Assembly (NCBI GenBank): GCA_964036045.1
Contig: OZ038378.1
Location: 187,364,001 to 187,428,000 of the forward strand
DNA: 64,000 nt
Direction of reading: 5' to 3'
From: Eutreptiella sp. 'Long Island Sound 2002'
Taxonomy: Eukaryota; Protista; Euglenida
Below the pieces are notes generated by a model. That model was given only the letters and a program-made list of their open reading frames with translations, was not told the DNA's origin and did no database searches. Position numbers and translations under genes: made by a program. Of the stretch, positions 10,697 to 23,907 are shown one piece after another. Position 1 is the stretch's first letter, and each line of letters opens with the position of its first letter.

Positions 10697-13523
10697 CCAA
10701 GGTGATAAGGGGTGTAGTGGCTGAACAGGAATTTTACTCCAACACCAGATTCTCAGTCACAGACAAGCATAATACGTAGGTTGATCATACATGTACATGT
10801 TTGTGAAGAATGGCCTTGTACTTGGTGCTGAAGACATTCACTGTGGCGTCAAACAGTACTGGCACGAAACCATTGATCAAGATCAAACCTGCTCCCCTGG
10901 TCTTGGCCACCTATGTTTCCACCCTTCTACGAAAGAAGTTGAAGGAGTGGGAGGTGGCTTGGCTACATCGGGCTGGGGACATATGCCTCCCATGCCACAT
11001 GCCCCCACATGACTGCAAAACTGTACTATGTCCATGCAAGTAAATTGGGGCAGTAGGACGAAAGGACACACCGCACGCACACAGTATGCACACATTCACA
11101 TCCCCCCCACCACAATGCACTTTTTTGTGACAGTTGTTGCATTTTTTTTTGCAACTTCAATTTGCATTCAGTTCTGATTTGGAAAACAGGAAATCAATGC
11201 ACACCATGCACGGTACACACAATGCGCCCCCTTGCGGGTGGCTACACCAACCACCCCCAACCTTGTGCAATAGCCCATACAAGCGCCAATGTACTTTTGA
11301 CAGCAAAAATCCTTGTAAAATTGCCTGCACCATTGTTGGCTAGCAAGCAAAACTGCCTTTAAAATGCAGGTGTCATTGTTGGCCAACAAGTAAAAAAGGC
11401 TGGTGAAATAGCACGCACCGCTATGCGCGATTTTTTTTTTTGGCCATTGAATCACAAGTGAAAGTTTCCAAGGGGGTCACGCATCTTGCATGCAAATGGT
11501 TATGGAATGGTGGTATACATTTTGCCAAAACTGTACAACACACCCCTAAGGAATTTGGTCATTCCCAGTCAGTCGTTCCCAGACTGTGAATATTGCGGGG
11601 CTCTCCTAGTTGTAAGGGAGGATCATACTTGTATTCCCGGTATGGCACCTGTACCTTGTGCTTTCACCATGGCATCCTCAGAGGAGGGGATGGTGGGTGA
11701 CGGAAGCAGCAGGTCACTACGGAAAGAATGACGCCCCCCCCCCCCCCCCGCCCGCCAAAGGTGTCTCGCAACCCACGCAGCGACGCCTAGCGATTTGTAC
11801 AAGCTAGAATTTCTGCATTTCAAATTCTGTACGAAATTTTTGCACGCAATTTGTTCAGTGTTTTTCAGGATTTGTGCAGGGATACTTTAGGCATTGCCTT
11901 TGCGACTTGATGACCATGCCAGATGATTTGGTTAATGATAATTGGTTTCCCATGGAAGTTGCAGAAGTGCTGAAGCACAAAACGTTGGTCCACCAGGAAA
12001 TACCAGGGACTATGGACAGGACAGCAACCATCCAGAGTCAACCAGGAAATACCAAGGACTATCTTGAAACAAACTCTACTAGGAAAAACAGCAAGTGTCC
12101 ACTGTTTCTCATTAGCAATTTTTGGGAACCATACATAATTTGTTCGCTCACTTTTAAGAAATGGCACAGATTTTGTCGCGCCAAAATTTGTAGATTCATA
12201 TTTTTCATTGCACGGAATTTACCCCCCCCCCCCCGGTACCTTTGTAATCCCCCCCTGCCCTTCATTCCCCATCCCACACTTCTAGTCCCCCAGCCTCCTC
12301 GCTCGGGGAACGGTTGCTGAGTCGTAATACGCCCACCCCCCACAGGGTTGCCCCCTATCAGCGTCTCTATTTGGGGACATGCCTGGCATGCATGAAGCTA
12401 TTGGCTTTGCAACTCTTGCTGTACATAGTATCTGGGCCATGATGCCCACGCACACCATTGGCCTGACGCCCTGAACTGTCTCCGCTGTCAGAAAAAATAA
12501 ACTGCCACCCCCCACAATGGTAAGTTCTCCATACACAAAAATTGGGAAAATGAGGCGGGCACAAGACTTTGAGCCCACCGGTTGCGACATAGTGGGAAAT
12601 GAAAATGCAGAAATAGGCAATTGTAGAATGCTGAAAGCCGTAACGTCCCTACAATTCATTGTCACACACCATATTTTAGTGTACACATTGTGAGAAGAGT
12701 TTGTTGGCAGCCTCAGAGTTACAGGACCCCTTGATGTGATAAGGTCTCAATATCCATACGTGTGCTTGGATCATGGGGCATATTGATCCATGGCACACAA
12801 TTTGCACCAAATGGGCATGCATCAATGCACTGCATTTGGCCCTCATATATCATTTCTATGTCCACTGCCTACTATCAACCCAGACTGCAATGCCTTGGCT
12901 TGTACAACAGCTCTATTATCAGACTGCCTCTTGCCCAAAATGCAAGGCACAAAGTCTACGACTTTCTCTGGTAACCATGAGCCATATATGTCCAAAATGC
13001 TGCCTGCAACCATCTGCAAACGATTTTGGAACCTGTTAGTGAATGCAATGTCCCATCCCCGGCCCAAAACACTTTCGCCTTTATTTCGGTCTTTTCAGCA
13101 GCCATTCCTCTTGCTTCAATTGTTGTATTTTCAGCTGCATATTTCGCCCTGTGCATGGTTTGTTCTGGTGTCAGGTGGTTTTGGTGTTGGTCCCAGTAAA
13201 GTCACTCCAATAACAGGCGCTGTGCGCAGACTTTGTGCAAATGCAACTGTCAGGGTTTGGGGCAACCTCTCGTACAATGCTGTGCTAAAACTGCTCTGTT
13301 TAAATCGATAAAGGTGGACCAGAATTGCCTGCGAGCGGGAGCATCAGAATGTTCTGGCATTTCCTTCAGTTGCACCGCAGACAGCATTGCAAAAATGGGG
13401 AGGCTTCCAATGGGTGTTGAGCACGCACAACTGCATTGCATTGTATGGGTGCTTCAGCCTGTTCCATCCCTTACCCCACCCGTCTCTTCCCTCAGCCCTG
13501 TGTCACCGCCACTGTCTCTGCAG

Positions 13524-13685
13524 CGGGACCTCAAGGACGCCGATCTACTGCATGCAGATCTCTCTGGGGCCAATTTGGCGAGCACCAACTTGTCTGGGGC
13601 ATTGCTTGCGGGAGCCAAACTGCGCAATGCGAATTTGTCAAGCGCCCGTCTGCACAGAACCAATTTGGTGGGCAGTGACCTGCAG
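13524..13685 (+). CDS. Pentapeptide-repeat protein, second visible exon
   Basis: Acceptor ctgcAG at 13522-13523. RDLKD ADLLH ADLSG ANLAS ... SDLQ. The join VDLQR|RDLKD preserves the 5-residue register. Donor CAG|GTgtgc at 13686. Confidence 0.9.
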
Positions 13686-13765
13686 GTGTGCTGTGCCCGT
13701 TTGTCAAGCCCAGGCCATTGCATGGTCGGAAGAGCATGGTCGGAAGACCCGGGGGGGGGGGAGGG

Positions 13766-13809
13766 GGGGAGGGAGGGAGGGAGGGAGGGAGGGAGGGAGG
13801 GAGGGAGGG
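13766..13809. repeat. (GGGA)n tetranucleotide microsatellite
   Basis: Seen directly. Confidence 0.9.
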
Positions 13810-15169
13810 TTCGACCCATTTTGTGGCCATTTCCCCCGGCCATAATTTGGGTCTTGGGTCATTGAGGATTGGGAAGCTCCGGTGTTGGATGTGTTTCTTG
13901 CAAAGGATGGGTGAGCACCTGACGCGGTTCGCGCGCGGTGATGGTGCTTGCTCCCAGGCAAAGGGGCCGTCTTATGTATTTTCACCTTGGGAGGCGCAGT
14001 ACAGGGCAGGACGGAGGGATGTTTATGAGACATATATGCGAGTTGCGATGCCGGAACTATCATGCCCCAATTGTTGTCCAGCAATGGTTGTCATCAACCA
14101 TTTGTTTGCTTGCAGCTCGCAGGGACCTACCAGGCGACAGGTTCAGCAAGCACATGGCAGGGTAACAATCAAATCTGATGAGAAAAAATTTTCTTAAGCC
14201 ATTTTTCATACACAAACCCTTGGGTCCTACACAGTGCCTATGACTCCCTGCTCACACTGAACTACCCTCATGCCTGTCTTCAGGCGCAAGGGGGAGGGGG
14301 TCCAGTGTGAAGTGGGGGTGGTACGTGCCGAGATCCCGGTGAGTAGGCAATGGCAGGTGCGATGCGTACGGTCGGTGTGGGCGAGGACTCACCACGATGC
14401 TGCCCATTCCAACGGGTGGCGACCACTGTTGATCATCCCCCCCCCCGGGATTTCGAGCTGTTGTACCGCTATATATTGAAGGCTTATACAAACACCCTTC
14501 CCCCTCCCCCTAGGGCTCAGAGAACCTTGCAGTTTGAGCAGCATTTGACCGTAATGGCGGCCCCCCTAAGGTCCCTGGCGTGCGCGGTGCCAGGGGGCAT
14601 GGGGGCGCTAAAACACGTTCCCCAAGGTCCCCTGCCTTCAGGATCCAAAGAGGGTCAACCAGGGGGACCAGAGAGAGGAGCACATGGTTGGAGCCCATGG
14701 GGCTGCTCACCTCTGCTCCTGAGTACCCAGGCCATACCCACTGTCCATGTCCGGACCGACTGTCCATGCACTGCCCACTGCATGAACTTGCTGCAAGTGC
14801 CGCGGGTGCTGTGCCTAACATGACCACATACGTGAGGGTGGGGGCGCAAAAAATAAGTGTGCTGTTGAAAAAAGAACTCGAAGTCACGAGTTGTTCGAAA
14901 TAGTTCCGCCAATTCTCAGCATTGCAATGCTGCGCTTTTGAGCATTTTTTGTCTGAACCATAAATCACCCATGAGCGTTGGTGTAGTGCCTGGAGATTGC
15001 TGGAGCTTGAATCTAAGATGAAGCAATTGATCGTGAAATGTTTTTGACAATTTCCCTTCAACCTAAAAAGCAGTACGTCAACTTTTTCCCGGCACGAATT
15101 TTCTCACAAATAAAAAAAACGTGAAGCCCCCCACCCCCACCCCCGCCCTGTACCCGGTTGTTGCCTTAG

Positions 15170-15365
15170 GGGGCCAATTTTACGAAGGCAGACTTGGAGG
15201 AGCTTGACTTCACGCATTTCTGCCTTCGGCGAGTCAACTTCACCGATGCGAACTTAACAAAAGCCAAACTGTACCATGCAGACCTTCAAGGGGCCTGCCT
15301 GGCAGGTGCACGACTGAAGGATGTGGAACTCCAAGGCAGGGACCTCAGCCAGTATGACCTGACAG
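15170..15365 (+). CDS. Pentapeptide-repeat protein, third visible exon
   Basis: Acceptor ccttAG at 15168-15169. SDLQ|G ANFTK ADLEE ... YDLT keeps register. Phase-1 donor G|GTacc at 15366. Confidence 0.9.
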
Positions 15366-18300
15366 GTACCGGAAAGGGGAGTTGCGGGCCCAGGGCAGAC
15401 CTGTGCTTGAATAGGCAATTTGGAAGGGAGCCCCCCCCCCCCGCCTTGTGCCGCCTTGTGCCACCCCCCCCCCCCCCGCCCCAGGTCCGATGGTCCTAAC
15501 AAATGAGGCAATGCCCTCACCCCTATCCCTGGAGGACAGGGACTATTGCAGCACCCAAGCACCTTTGGCGCACTTGGTCCCGACTGAGATTGCAGTGAAG
15601 GCCGTGTGAGGACAGGTGTGGCTGGAGCCCATAAGGGGTGGGGGCAAAATGGTGCGTACACGGCCAATCATCCGACAATATTCGAGTGTATAAATTTGGG
15701 CCCCTCCCTTGGGTCTACCCCGGCTGACTCTGGATTACGTGCTCCACGGGATTTATATCTATCTATCCATCTATCTTTATATAACAGCCGACGCCCCCCC
15801 CCCCCCCCCCCGCGTCACAGGTTGGGGGTCCAAGGGGGATCCACATCCCCCCCCCCCCTTATTTTGAGGTCGCAAAAATAAACATGTTTCAAGTCAATCT
15901 GAGACGGTGGTGGGTCGCTATGGCCCTTCCAAATTCCTAAAAATAGGGTATTCCTGCCCAGTGACATCATCCCCCAAAATAGCCTCAAAAACCGAAAAAT
16001 AGCATTCTCTACCCCAGAAAACCCACCAGAATCCCAACCCATTGCCTTCGCTTAATCCTGTTTGCCTGTTGCAGGATTTCTCACACATGGGGGAGGGGGG
16101 GCTAGGGTGGGTGGGTCTTGGCGAGGCTGGATGCCCCAAGAGAGCCCCCCCCCCCCCCCCGTTGGTAAGCAAATAGCTGCCCCTGGGGTACACGATTGAT
16201 GTATTTTTCGAGTTGTTGCCGGGGCAGGAGGTCATGCTGAAATGAAGAAATCAGCTGAAATGAAAAAGTTTTGCGCAGAGCCAAGCAGTGTACATCATCG
16301 GGGTGTGATGTTCCTCCTCTCTGGCCCCAGGCCCTGTTGGTGTCTGTGTCAACCTCCAATTTTAGTTGTTCGTCGTTTTGTTATACATGAAAGACATGAA
16401 AGGCCGGGCCCGTAGTTGCAAATGTTAGACCTCACGCCAAATGTCCGCATTTGCCAAAGGGTTCACAGTGCCCAGTTTGTCTTTGTTTGTCTGCAGTAGC
16501 AACTGTGTTCGCTGGCCCATCCAGTGCAGATGCAGAAAGCATCATTTCTGCACTGAACACATCTGCTCCATACACACCCGATGTGTGAGAGTCGGCTGAG
16601 GCAACATCATTTTCGTCATTTTGCCAATTTATCATGGTGGGTGGGTTGTGCCTTGGGGGGGGGGGAGGCAAAACGCACCAATGCGACGCATCCGTGCACA
16701 CGTACTGGGGCGGCGGCGGCGGGGGGGGGGGGGGGGGGGCTTTTGGGGCCCTGTGGGGGTGAGTGAGTGGATGGGTGGGTGGGGGGTGGGGTCCTTGGGA
16801 GGGGGGGTCCTGGGGGGGGGGGGTTCGGGGCGCCCAGTGGGGGGGTCCGCGCATGGGACAGTCCACGTTGTACGGAGATGTGAAATCCTCGTACGGGGGG
16901 GCAGGCGGGTGGGACAGGAGGGGGTGCGCGACATGGGCACCCAGCAGCGCCACCAGACAGGGGGAGGAGCAACACAGACACACAGAACGCGGGAGCCACA
17001 CCAAGGGGGACAAGGGCGGGCACACCAGACAAGGAGGAGGGGCACAGCAAGGCAGGAGAGGCTACCAGAACGGCGGGAACAGGGAACCAGAATGGAGCGA
17101 ATGGTGGAGCGTGCGCATGGGAGGCAGCGACAATAAAGGGGATGGCTTGGCCAGCCAGCCCCGTCGCTACCGGGTGCCAAGGCAACCCCTGCTCAACCGG
17201 CATCAGGTGGGGGGTGTCTCCCGCAGCCCAGATGGGCTGTTTGCGCAACAGGAGCGGGAGCCCATCAGGGGCAGACCAACCGTGAGGGGGAAAAGGACAT
17301 ATGGTGGACGGCCCGGACAGCGCGTGGAGGAACAGGGCACCTGGGCCGCACAGAAACACAGCGAGGCAGGATATGGACGGCCTGTGGACAGAGGTGTGTG
17401 GACAGCAAAAACAGTCAAACGACCCCGACAACAACCAGCACATCCTCAATACGCCAACTATTGGGCGCTGCTGACACGCAAACGGCACACCATGCCACAT
17501 TCAGCACAGTCCCAACACACCAACTACTGGGCTCCGCGAACGCGGAAACGACACCAGCAAGAGCACCGGCCGCAGCGGCCGACCGAAAGCAGCGACCCGA
17601 CGCAACATGCGAAGGGAAGAACGGGTGAACGTCCAGGGCCCCGTAAAGGAGCAACAACCAGACGGAGTGTCACACAGGGGGTCCCGGGTACCCCAACATA
17701 CAGACCTCAAAATGATCCCCTTCTCACGCTGATCATTTCAAACACACCCCCTGGGGGTCCAATCCCAGCAGCCAGATTTGGAGGGGGGTGCCGGGGGGGG
17801 GTCAAGGGTGAAGAAAAATTTCCTGTTTTGCATGCATATTTGGCATTCTGAAATTCTGAGCATTTTGAGCATACACACAGAGGGTGAAGTCAATTTTTAC
17901 CCCCCACCGTATGCCACAAAAAAAACTTCCGGCGCCTTTGGCGCCAGGTTTGGGCCAAATGTGGTCCGAACCTCCTCAATATTTTGGACCTCCCAGGGGG
18001 TGGGGTGGGGGTGGGGGTCAGGATCTGAGTCTGAACACCCCCCCCAATGGACACTGCTTTCTTGTACCTCGCTTTATTTGGGACCGGCGCCACTGCAATC
18101 TACATCATGTCATATGACCAGCGGAGAGCACGGTCAGATTTCTGGGTCTCCGTGGCGAGGCGCACCCAAATTAGGCGTCAAAGGGCAACAGGAAGCATTG
18201 AATGCAAGATAAAACCCCAAATATCCGGGGGCGGCGGGGGGGGGGATGGTATGCCCGAAATTTGAAATGGCAAACTTGGAGCGGAGAAGATGGTGGCACC

Positions 18301-18705
18301 ACAAGCGTAGACTTGATTGGTGGTTGTTATTTCCTGTGGGCTTGTGGTTGGCTGCTGTTGTTTTCTGGAGGCTTGTTGCTCCAACTAGCCTGCCAAAGGG
18401 GCAGTGTGGAGCAGCCTCCGCAGACACAAGGGGAATGGGCATGCCAATGCTGCTGACAATGACACCGAGAACAATGGCTACAGACCTCAAAAACCTCAAA
18501 AACCAAAATACCACGGCATAATTTGGCACACTGTTGTTGTGCCAAACTTTGCCGTCCCAAATTTCGCCTGTTCAGGGGGCGGTTGGGGTCAGGATTTGAG
18601 TCTGAACACCCCCGTGGCAGTGTCACATTTTCTTTCCATTTCTGTGGCTCCTGGTGTTTCCGACCCACGCATGAGGCCAACACGTGAGGCTTCTGTGCGT
18701 CACAG

Positions 18706-18938
18706 GGTGCGACCTCACGGGCGCCAATTTATACTGCACCAGCCTCTGCGGCGCCACGCTACGCAACAGCTGCTTGAGGCAGGCCAACCTCCGCGACGCA
18801 GACCTGACCGACACGGACTTAATGGACGCAGACCTCTCTGACGCGGTGCTGACCAATGCCAATTTGTACGGCGGCGACCTGTCCGGAGCTCAGCTTTGTG
18901 GGGCAAATCTTTTGGACACCGACCTGACGGCGGTGAAG
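18706..18938 (+). CDS. Pentapeptide-repeat protein, fourth visible exon
   Basis: Acceptor cacAG at 18704-18705, phase 1. YDLTG CDLTG ANLYC ... TDLTA VK. Donor AAG|GTgtgc at 18939. Confidence 0.9.
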
Positions 18939-19152
18939 GTGTGCCCTTTCACCAGCCATGCCGCCAGGGCCCATCGCACTCCAGTTCTACCCACCCGCGG
19001 CCCTCAATAGCCCACCAACCGTTTAGTAACTGCCAGTCTTTCGCCCCCAACCGCTTCGCCGACCGCCAGCAACTGCTGTTGACAACCGCCTGGAGCGTCC
19101 CGCCCCTTGACCTCAGCCGCTGTGCCTCACCCCGTCATACATTTCGTTGCAG

Positions 19153-19248
19153 GTGACCGCCAATCAACTGTCCACTGCCCAGATCCCACGCGCTCTGCGT
19201 TTGGTCTCGAAGGCCTGGTCCGTCCGTGACGCTGTCCTTCGGCGCTGA
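19153..19248 (+). CDS. Pentapeptide-repeat protein, probable last exon
   Basis: Acceptor ttgcAG at 19151-19152, phase 0. VTANQLSTAQIPRALRLVSKAWSVRDAVLRR then TGA at 19246-19248. The repeat pattern is weaker here. Confidence 0.65.
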   Translation: MTANQLSTAQIPRALRLVSKAWSVRDAVLRR

Positions 19249-22200
19249 CCACCACTGCGTCATGGCCCGACTCTTCTTCGGAAAACCCATCCCTCCGCCT
19301 GACCCCCACTACAAGCCCCCCGTCCCCCCCCCCCCCCTTCCCCTTCCAGGGGCCGAGCCTGCGGCCCAGCCGCTCACTTCCTTCCCCCCCTGCCCACCGC
19401 AACCGCATTGATAACCGCCAGTAACCGCTCCGAAAGGTTTTATCAACCCTCTTCAACCACCTTCCTAGCCGTTCCCCGCTCCGGGCCCCTTCCCCTTCCA
19501 GTGCACCCCATGCGGCCGCCCTGGGGTGCCACGGCTCTTCTTGTGTTGCTGCGCCCCACGACTGAAGCGTTCCGAACAAATGCCTTACCTCACCCGAAGG
19601 TTACATGAGATTGACAGGAGGAGCCCTGGCGCCATCCAACCCCCGTTCCCGCACGCACGCGCAAGAGAGTCTAACTGGAGCCCGAGGGTTGAGGTGTTCG
19701 GGCCGCTGACGAGGAGAGCCTCATCCGAAACCATACGTGGAGCCAGCACCTGCCAAAACAATTTTGTGCACCTGCCAAAGCAAACCTATCACTTGCTAAC
19801 GCACGCACACTCTCTCTTTGTGTCTATGTACGTATGTGTGTCTGTGTGTGCGCGTGCGACCGTGACAGAAAGGCACCGAGTCGCGGAACTGTTTGTGGTT
19901 TGCGGCCTCACAAGGTAAATACCCCCAGACAACCGCTTTGTTGTTCTGACTCTTCGCTCTACGCGCGCGCGCGCGCGCGTCCATGTGCTCACCCGCCGAC
20001 ACCTGCCAAATCCAAACTGTGACACGTACCAACCCCTGCCAAAACCAATCGGTGACACCTGCCGACACCTGCCAGCGGCAGGTGCGAGCTCCATGTACGT
20101 CTGCAACCCGCCCACACAAGGTCACCGAGGCACGCTTGTGTGCGCGCGCACAGACAGGCCCTCGTTCGGGGATGCGAGCAGACATCCGACGCCAGCAGCG
20201 GGCCCCGATGAGTGCCTGCGAGTCCGGTCAGGGGATGGAGGAGGCGCTTGAGGGGGCCGTAAGCTCACGGTGGATTTCGAAAGCGGTTACTGCCGGTCAA
20301 CGAAGCGGCAGGGGACCAAAGACGTGGCGGTTGCGAAACGGTTGGGGGGTCATTGTGGGCGGACAGAAGGGGCTGGAGCGGAATGCCGAAGGGGGGCTAG
20401 GGGGGTTACCCCGAGCCGCCCCCCCTTCAGCCAGAGACACAAGCCGAGGCCCGACGGACGGCGAGCAGCCGACACACCGCACCGCTCAGCATTGACCGTC
20501 TGCAGCTCCGGGGGTGCGCCTCCACACCAGAGAATCAACCAGCAGACCTACTCCATCTTTGTGGTTCAGCCCCATGGGGGGCGGTGAACCACTACCCTTC
20601 GCGTCGTGGGCTGGTGTCAGCGGCACATACTTGAACCTTTGCTGAATGAGGGAAGGGCGATGTTTTGCCTCAGAGAAGACGGGCACTGATCCCCCCCCCC
20701 CCCCCCAAAGTGATCCCCCATTGACCTCTCACCCCCCATGACCTCCGTATGACCGCACCCCCCCCGATGACCCCCCAATGCCCCACAATGACCCAAATAA
20801 GAGAATGGGGGGGTTGGGGGGGTTTGTCACGGGTGCCAGTTTGGCGGTGCGTCGGCGTTCGCTGGGAAACAGTGCGACCGGGGCGCCGTGGCGGGGAGAT
20901 TGTTTCGCCACCTCTGGACATCCCAGCGGGATGTGTTTGCGCCGCTCACACGAGCCAAGAGCGCGGCTTGGCTAGGCCGGGTGCGGAGGGCAGAGCGGCA
21001 AGGCTGGGCATGGAGGGCGGGCAGGGCGGAGGATGGAAAGCGGTAGTAAGGTAGGAAAAGTGCTGGGAGCATCAACCCCAGTTGCACACAATGATACTGG
21101 GACCACGCTACTCGAAACCGGAGAGGTTCGCGTGCTCTCCGACGCATGGGGTCCCCAAAACCTGGTGCGTCTCAGCCTGCGTGTGCAATTGCAATCAACT
21201 ACTGAACTTTGGTGCAACCTTCGCCTCACCCCTGCTCTTTGCCAACAAAAAGCATGGGCATCAGCATATTCTTCCAAGCACTTCCAGGCCAAACTTCCAC
21301 GCAGACTGTGCCACAATAACTGTGTGCCGATGAACCCGAATGTGAGATCCCTCTCGGTGCTCGAATGATGCATGAAGGGGGGGGTCCATCAGAGCAAAGC
21401 AGGACGTGGCGCCATGCCTACGAATAGGGCACAGCATTGAACTGGGAGTTCCAACGAAGTTGTCGCGAGGGGCGAGTTTGATCATCCCCAACAATTACAT
21501 GGATCCTGAATGGTCTAAATGGTCATACTCACTCATGCATGCCCAGTTCAGTACCTGGGCGGGGGGATAGTGATCACCAGCGATATAGAAGTGGAATATG
21601 TATGTCAGTGGTGGGGTACTCGCGATACCGATCGGGGGGCATACACTGGTACATTCCGGGCTATGCCAACAGACGCAATAATGAGCACCTTGGGGACACC
21701 ATAACAGTGCATGCCTGCATGTGTTTCATGATGATACATAACAGCTCCTGAAGGAAGCAATATAAATGCCGGCAATGAGGCGCACGGGTGGGGGATGATC
21801 TGCGCGCCAGCCACCCGTCTATATATGGCCACAATCTCCTCCTATCTTCATCCGCACTGCACGGCTCCACTGTATCGTAACCACTGCACTGCCTCTTGTT
21901 GCATACCCGCACCCCATTCCCCCTATGGATATGTGTCCTCGGTGGGGGGTGAATGCGGGGGGGGGGGGGGGGGGTTAGACCACTTCCTTCATTGCGTATT
22001 GGACCGTGGAGGTGTTCCATACAACATGACATCCTCTGTAGAAGCACTGATGTCCAGATGATGCGAGGATTTGTGTTCGTGTGGATCTGTACGCTGATCG
22101 GTGGAAGCTGACTGGGTTTGGTGATGGCCGAACCAGAAACGTGACGTGATGTATTGTTGTTGGTTGATGCTTGTCATTGTTGTTGTCATTAGCTAACACT

Positions 22201-23258
22201 ATCCCCGCAGCACTCTGCCGCCTCCTCCCGGAGTTGACATGGACCGCAGGCCCGGCAAGCAGGATACCAGCAGATTGAATGTTCACGCACTATGGACGAC
22301 AAACGAATCAAATGTTGATGCCCTGCTGCCATTCTCTGGCCATATTTGCGGTCCAAGACAATGCCAATGCATGTCACAACAGTAGACCCAATTGGGGGCC
22401 TCTGGGGCTGTCGCCGCAGGCACACTGACCTCGGCTGTGTGCGTACTTGAGCACCCATGGGGACCCACTTAGTGGCCGCCAGGCCCATGCAACCAAGGCC
22501 ATTGCCCCAGAGCTGCAGCGTGGGGCGACCAGGGCAGTCCGTATTTTGAGCCACGAGGTCGCTGTGTGCAGGCCACTCTGAGATCAACACCAAGCCTAAC
22601 CACATGACCTTCGTCGCCGTCTTTGTCTTCCTTGTCCGTATTGTCACCAAATGACCGCCTAAACCCACAAAAGGGTTTTGGGAAAAGTCGAATTTTCGAA
22701 AATTTTGCTTGTGCCACCAAACAGCCAAAACAACGTCAATTTCGGGGTTTTCGGGGGTTGCATGATTTCAAGATCTTGTACCCCGCGCCCCCAACCAGCA
22801 AGGAATAGCAGTGCACATGTCTGCCATCATCAACCTGTATGCCACTGTACGAGTAGTATATGAATGATGGAACCAAGGCATCCAATTGGGGGCTGGTATC
22901 CGAACCCAGTGCCTTGGGAATACACTTTGTGATGCAAACAGTCATCATAGACAAGCAGCAGCAGCAACAAGCAGACGGGTAAAAAGTCTTTTTTGGTGTC
23001 ACTGTGGCTCAGAACCGGCACCACAATTATCAGGAGGGGGGGGGGGGGGGGGGCAGGATCCCACTGACATACCCACCATCCGAGCACGCAGGCGGCAAGG
23101 GTGGGGTGCTAATTCCAGAAATAAGCTGCCAATCATGAGTTCTGTCTTGCTGCTTGGTGTTAAAATGCATCGCTCACCCACAACCTGAAAAAGGGTCATA
23201 AAACCTCCTGGGAAACCTAGCTAGGTGATCAAAACTTGCAACCGAGCGTCCTTGTTGT

Positions 23259-23907
23259 TCTCTTGATCTTGGTTGAAAAGTGGTTCATGTTCAACCCAAA
23301 AGGGACCACGGCACGGCACCATGGCGTGAAAGACACCTCGTTGGACACCCATGTGCAATAATCTTGATCTTGGTTGAAAAATGGCTCCCCTTCACCTTAC
23401 AATGGACCACAACATGGCACCACGGCGTGAGAGACGCCTCATTGAACACCCATTTACAAATACTTTGATACCTAAATCGCTTTAGAAGAAGAATGGCCAT
23501 CGTTGGAGAAGCCTACATGACACATCGGTGATAGTCCTTATCTTTCAGGACGAGCGTGCTAATTTTCCACAAAGATCGTCCTGAAAACTAGCTGAAACTA
23601 GCCATTTTTGGACACTAAATCGGCCATGGAAAGGGCTTGATGGCTTGTAGTCGCACGAAACTTGTTTCGGGTGATGCGCCTTTGCTCTCTGTCTAGCTCG
23701 TTTTGTGGCCAATTTACTGTCAAAAAATGACCGTTTTCAGCCTGCTTTCAGGATGATCGTCCCGAAAGTTCAGGACGAGCGCCAGTGTCTCATGCCGGTA
23801 TCTCCAATGAGGGCCATTCTTCTTCAACATTGATGGGACCATGAAATGATTGCAGTGGGTCTTCAATGAGGTGTCTCTCACGCGGTGGTCCGACGCGGTG
23901 GTCCATT
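23259..23907. mobile_element. Fold-back (large imperfect palindrome) element with a duplicated outer unit
   Basis: Inverted pairs: 23401-23458 with 23851-23907; GAAGAAGAATGGCC at ~23486 with its reverse complement at ~23812; ~23575-23600 with ~23733-23760. A ~102-bp direct duplication lies at 23259 and 23362. Confidence 0.6.

Noticed and set aside
16763-17851. 362-aa G/R/Q-rich ORF
   Set aside because: No domain motif and no host-like codon bias. It has an internal duplication (CAACTA(T/C)TGGGC units at ~17455 and ~17521) and G-tracts, and lies in a host intron. It is most likely an interspersed repeat.
818-19248. Euglenid non-conventional (non-GT-AG) introns in the spliced genes
   Set aside because: All six introns can be placed at GT-AG with correct phase and motif continuity.
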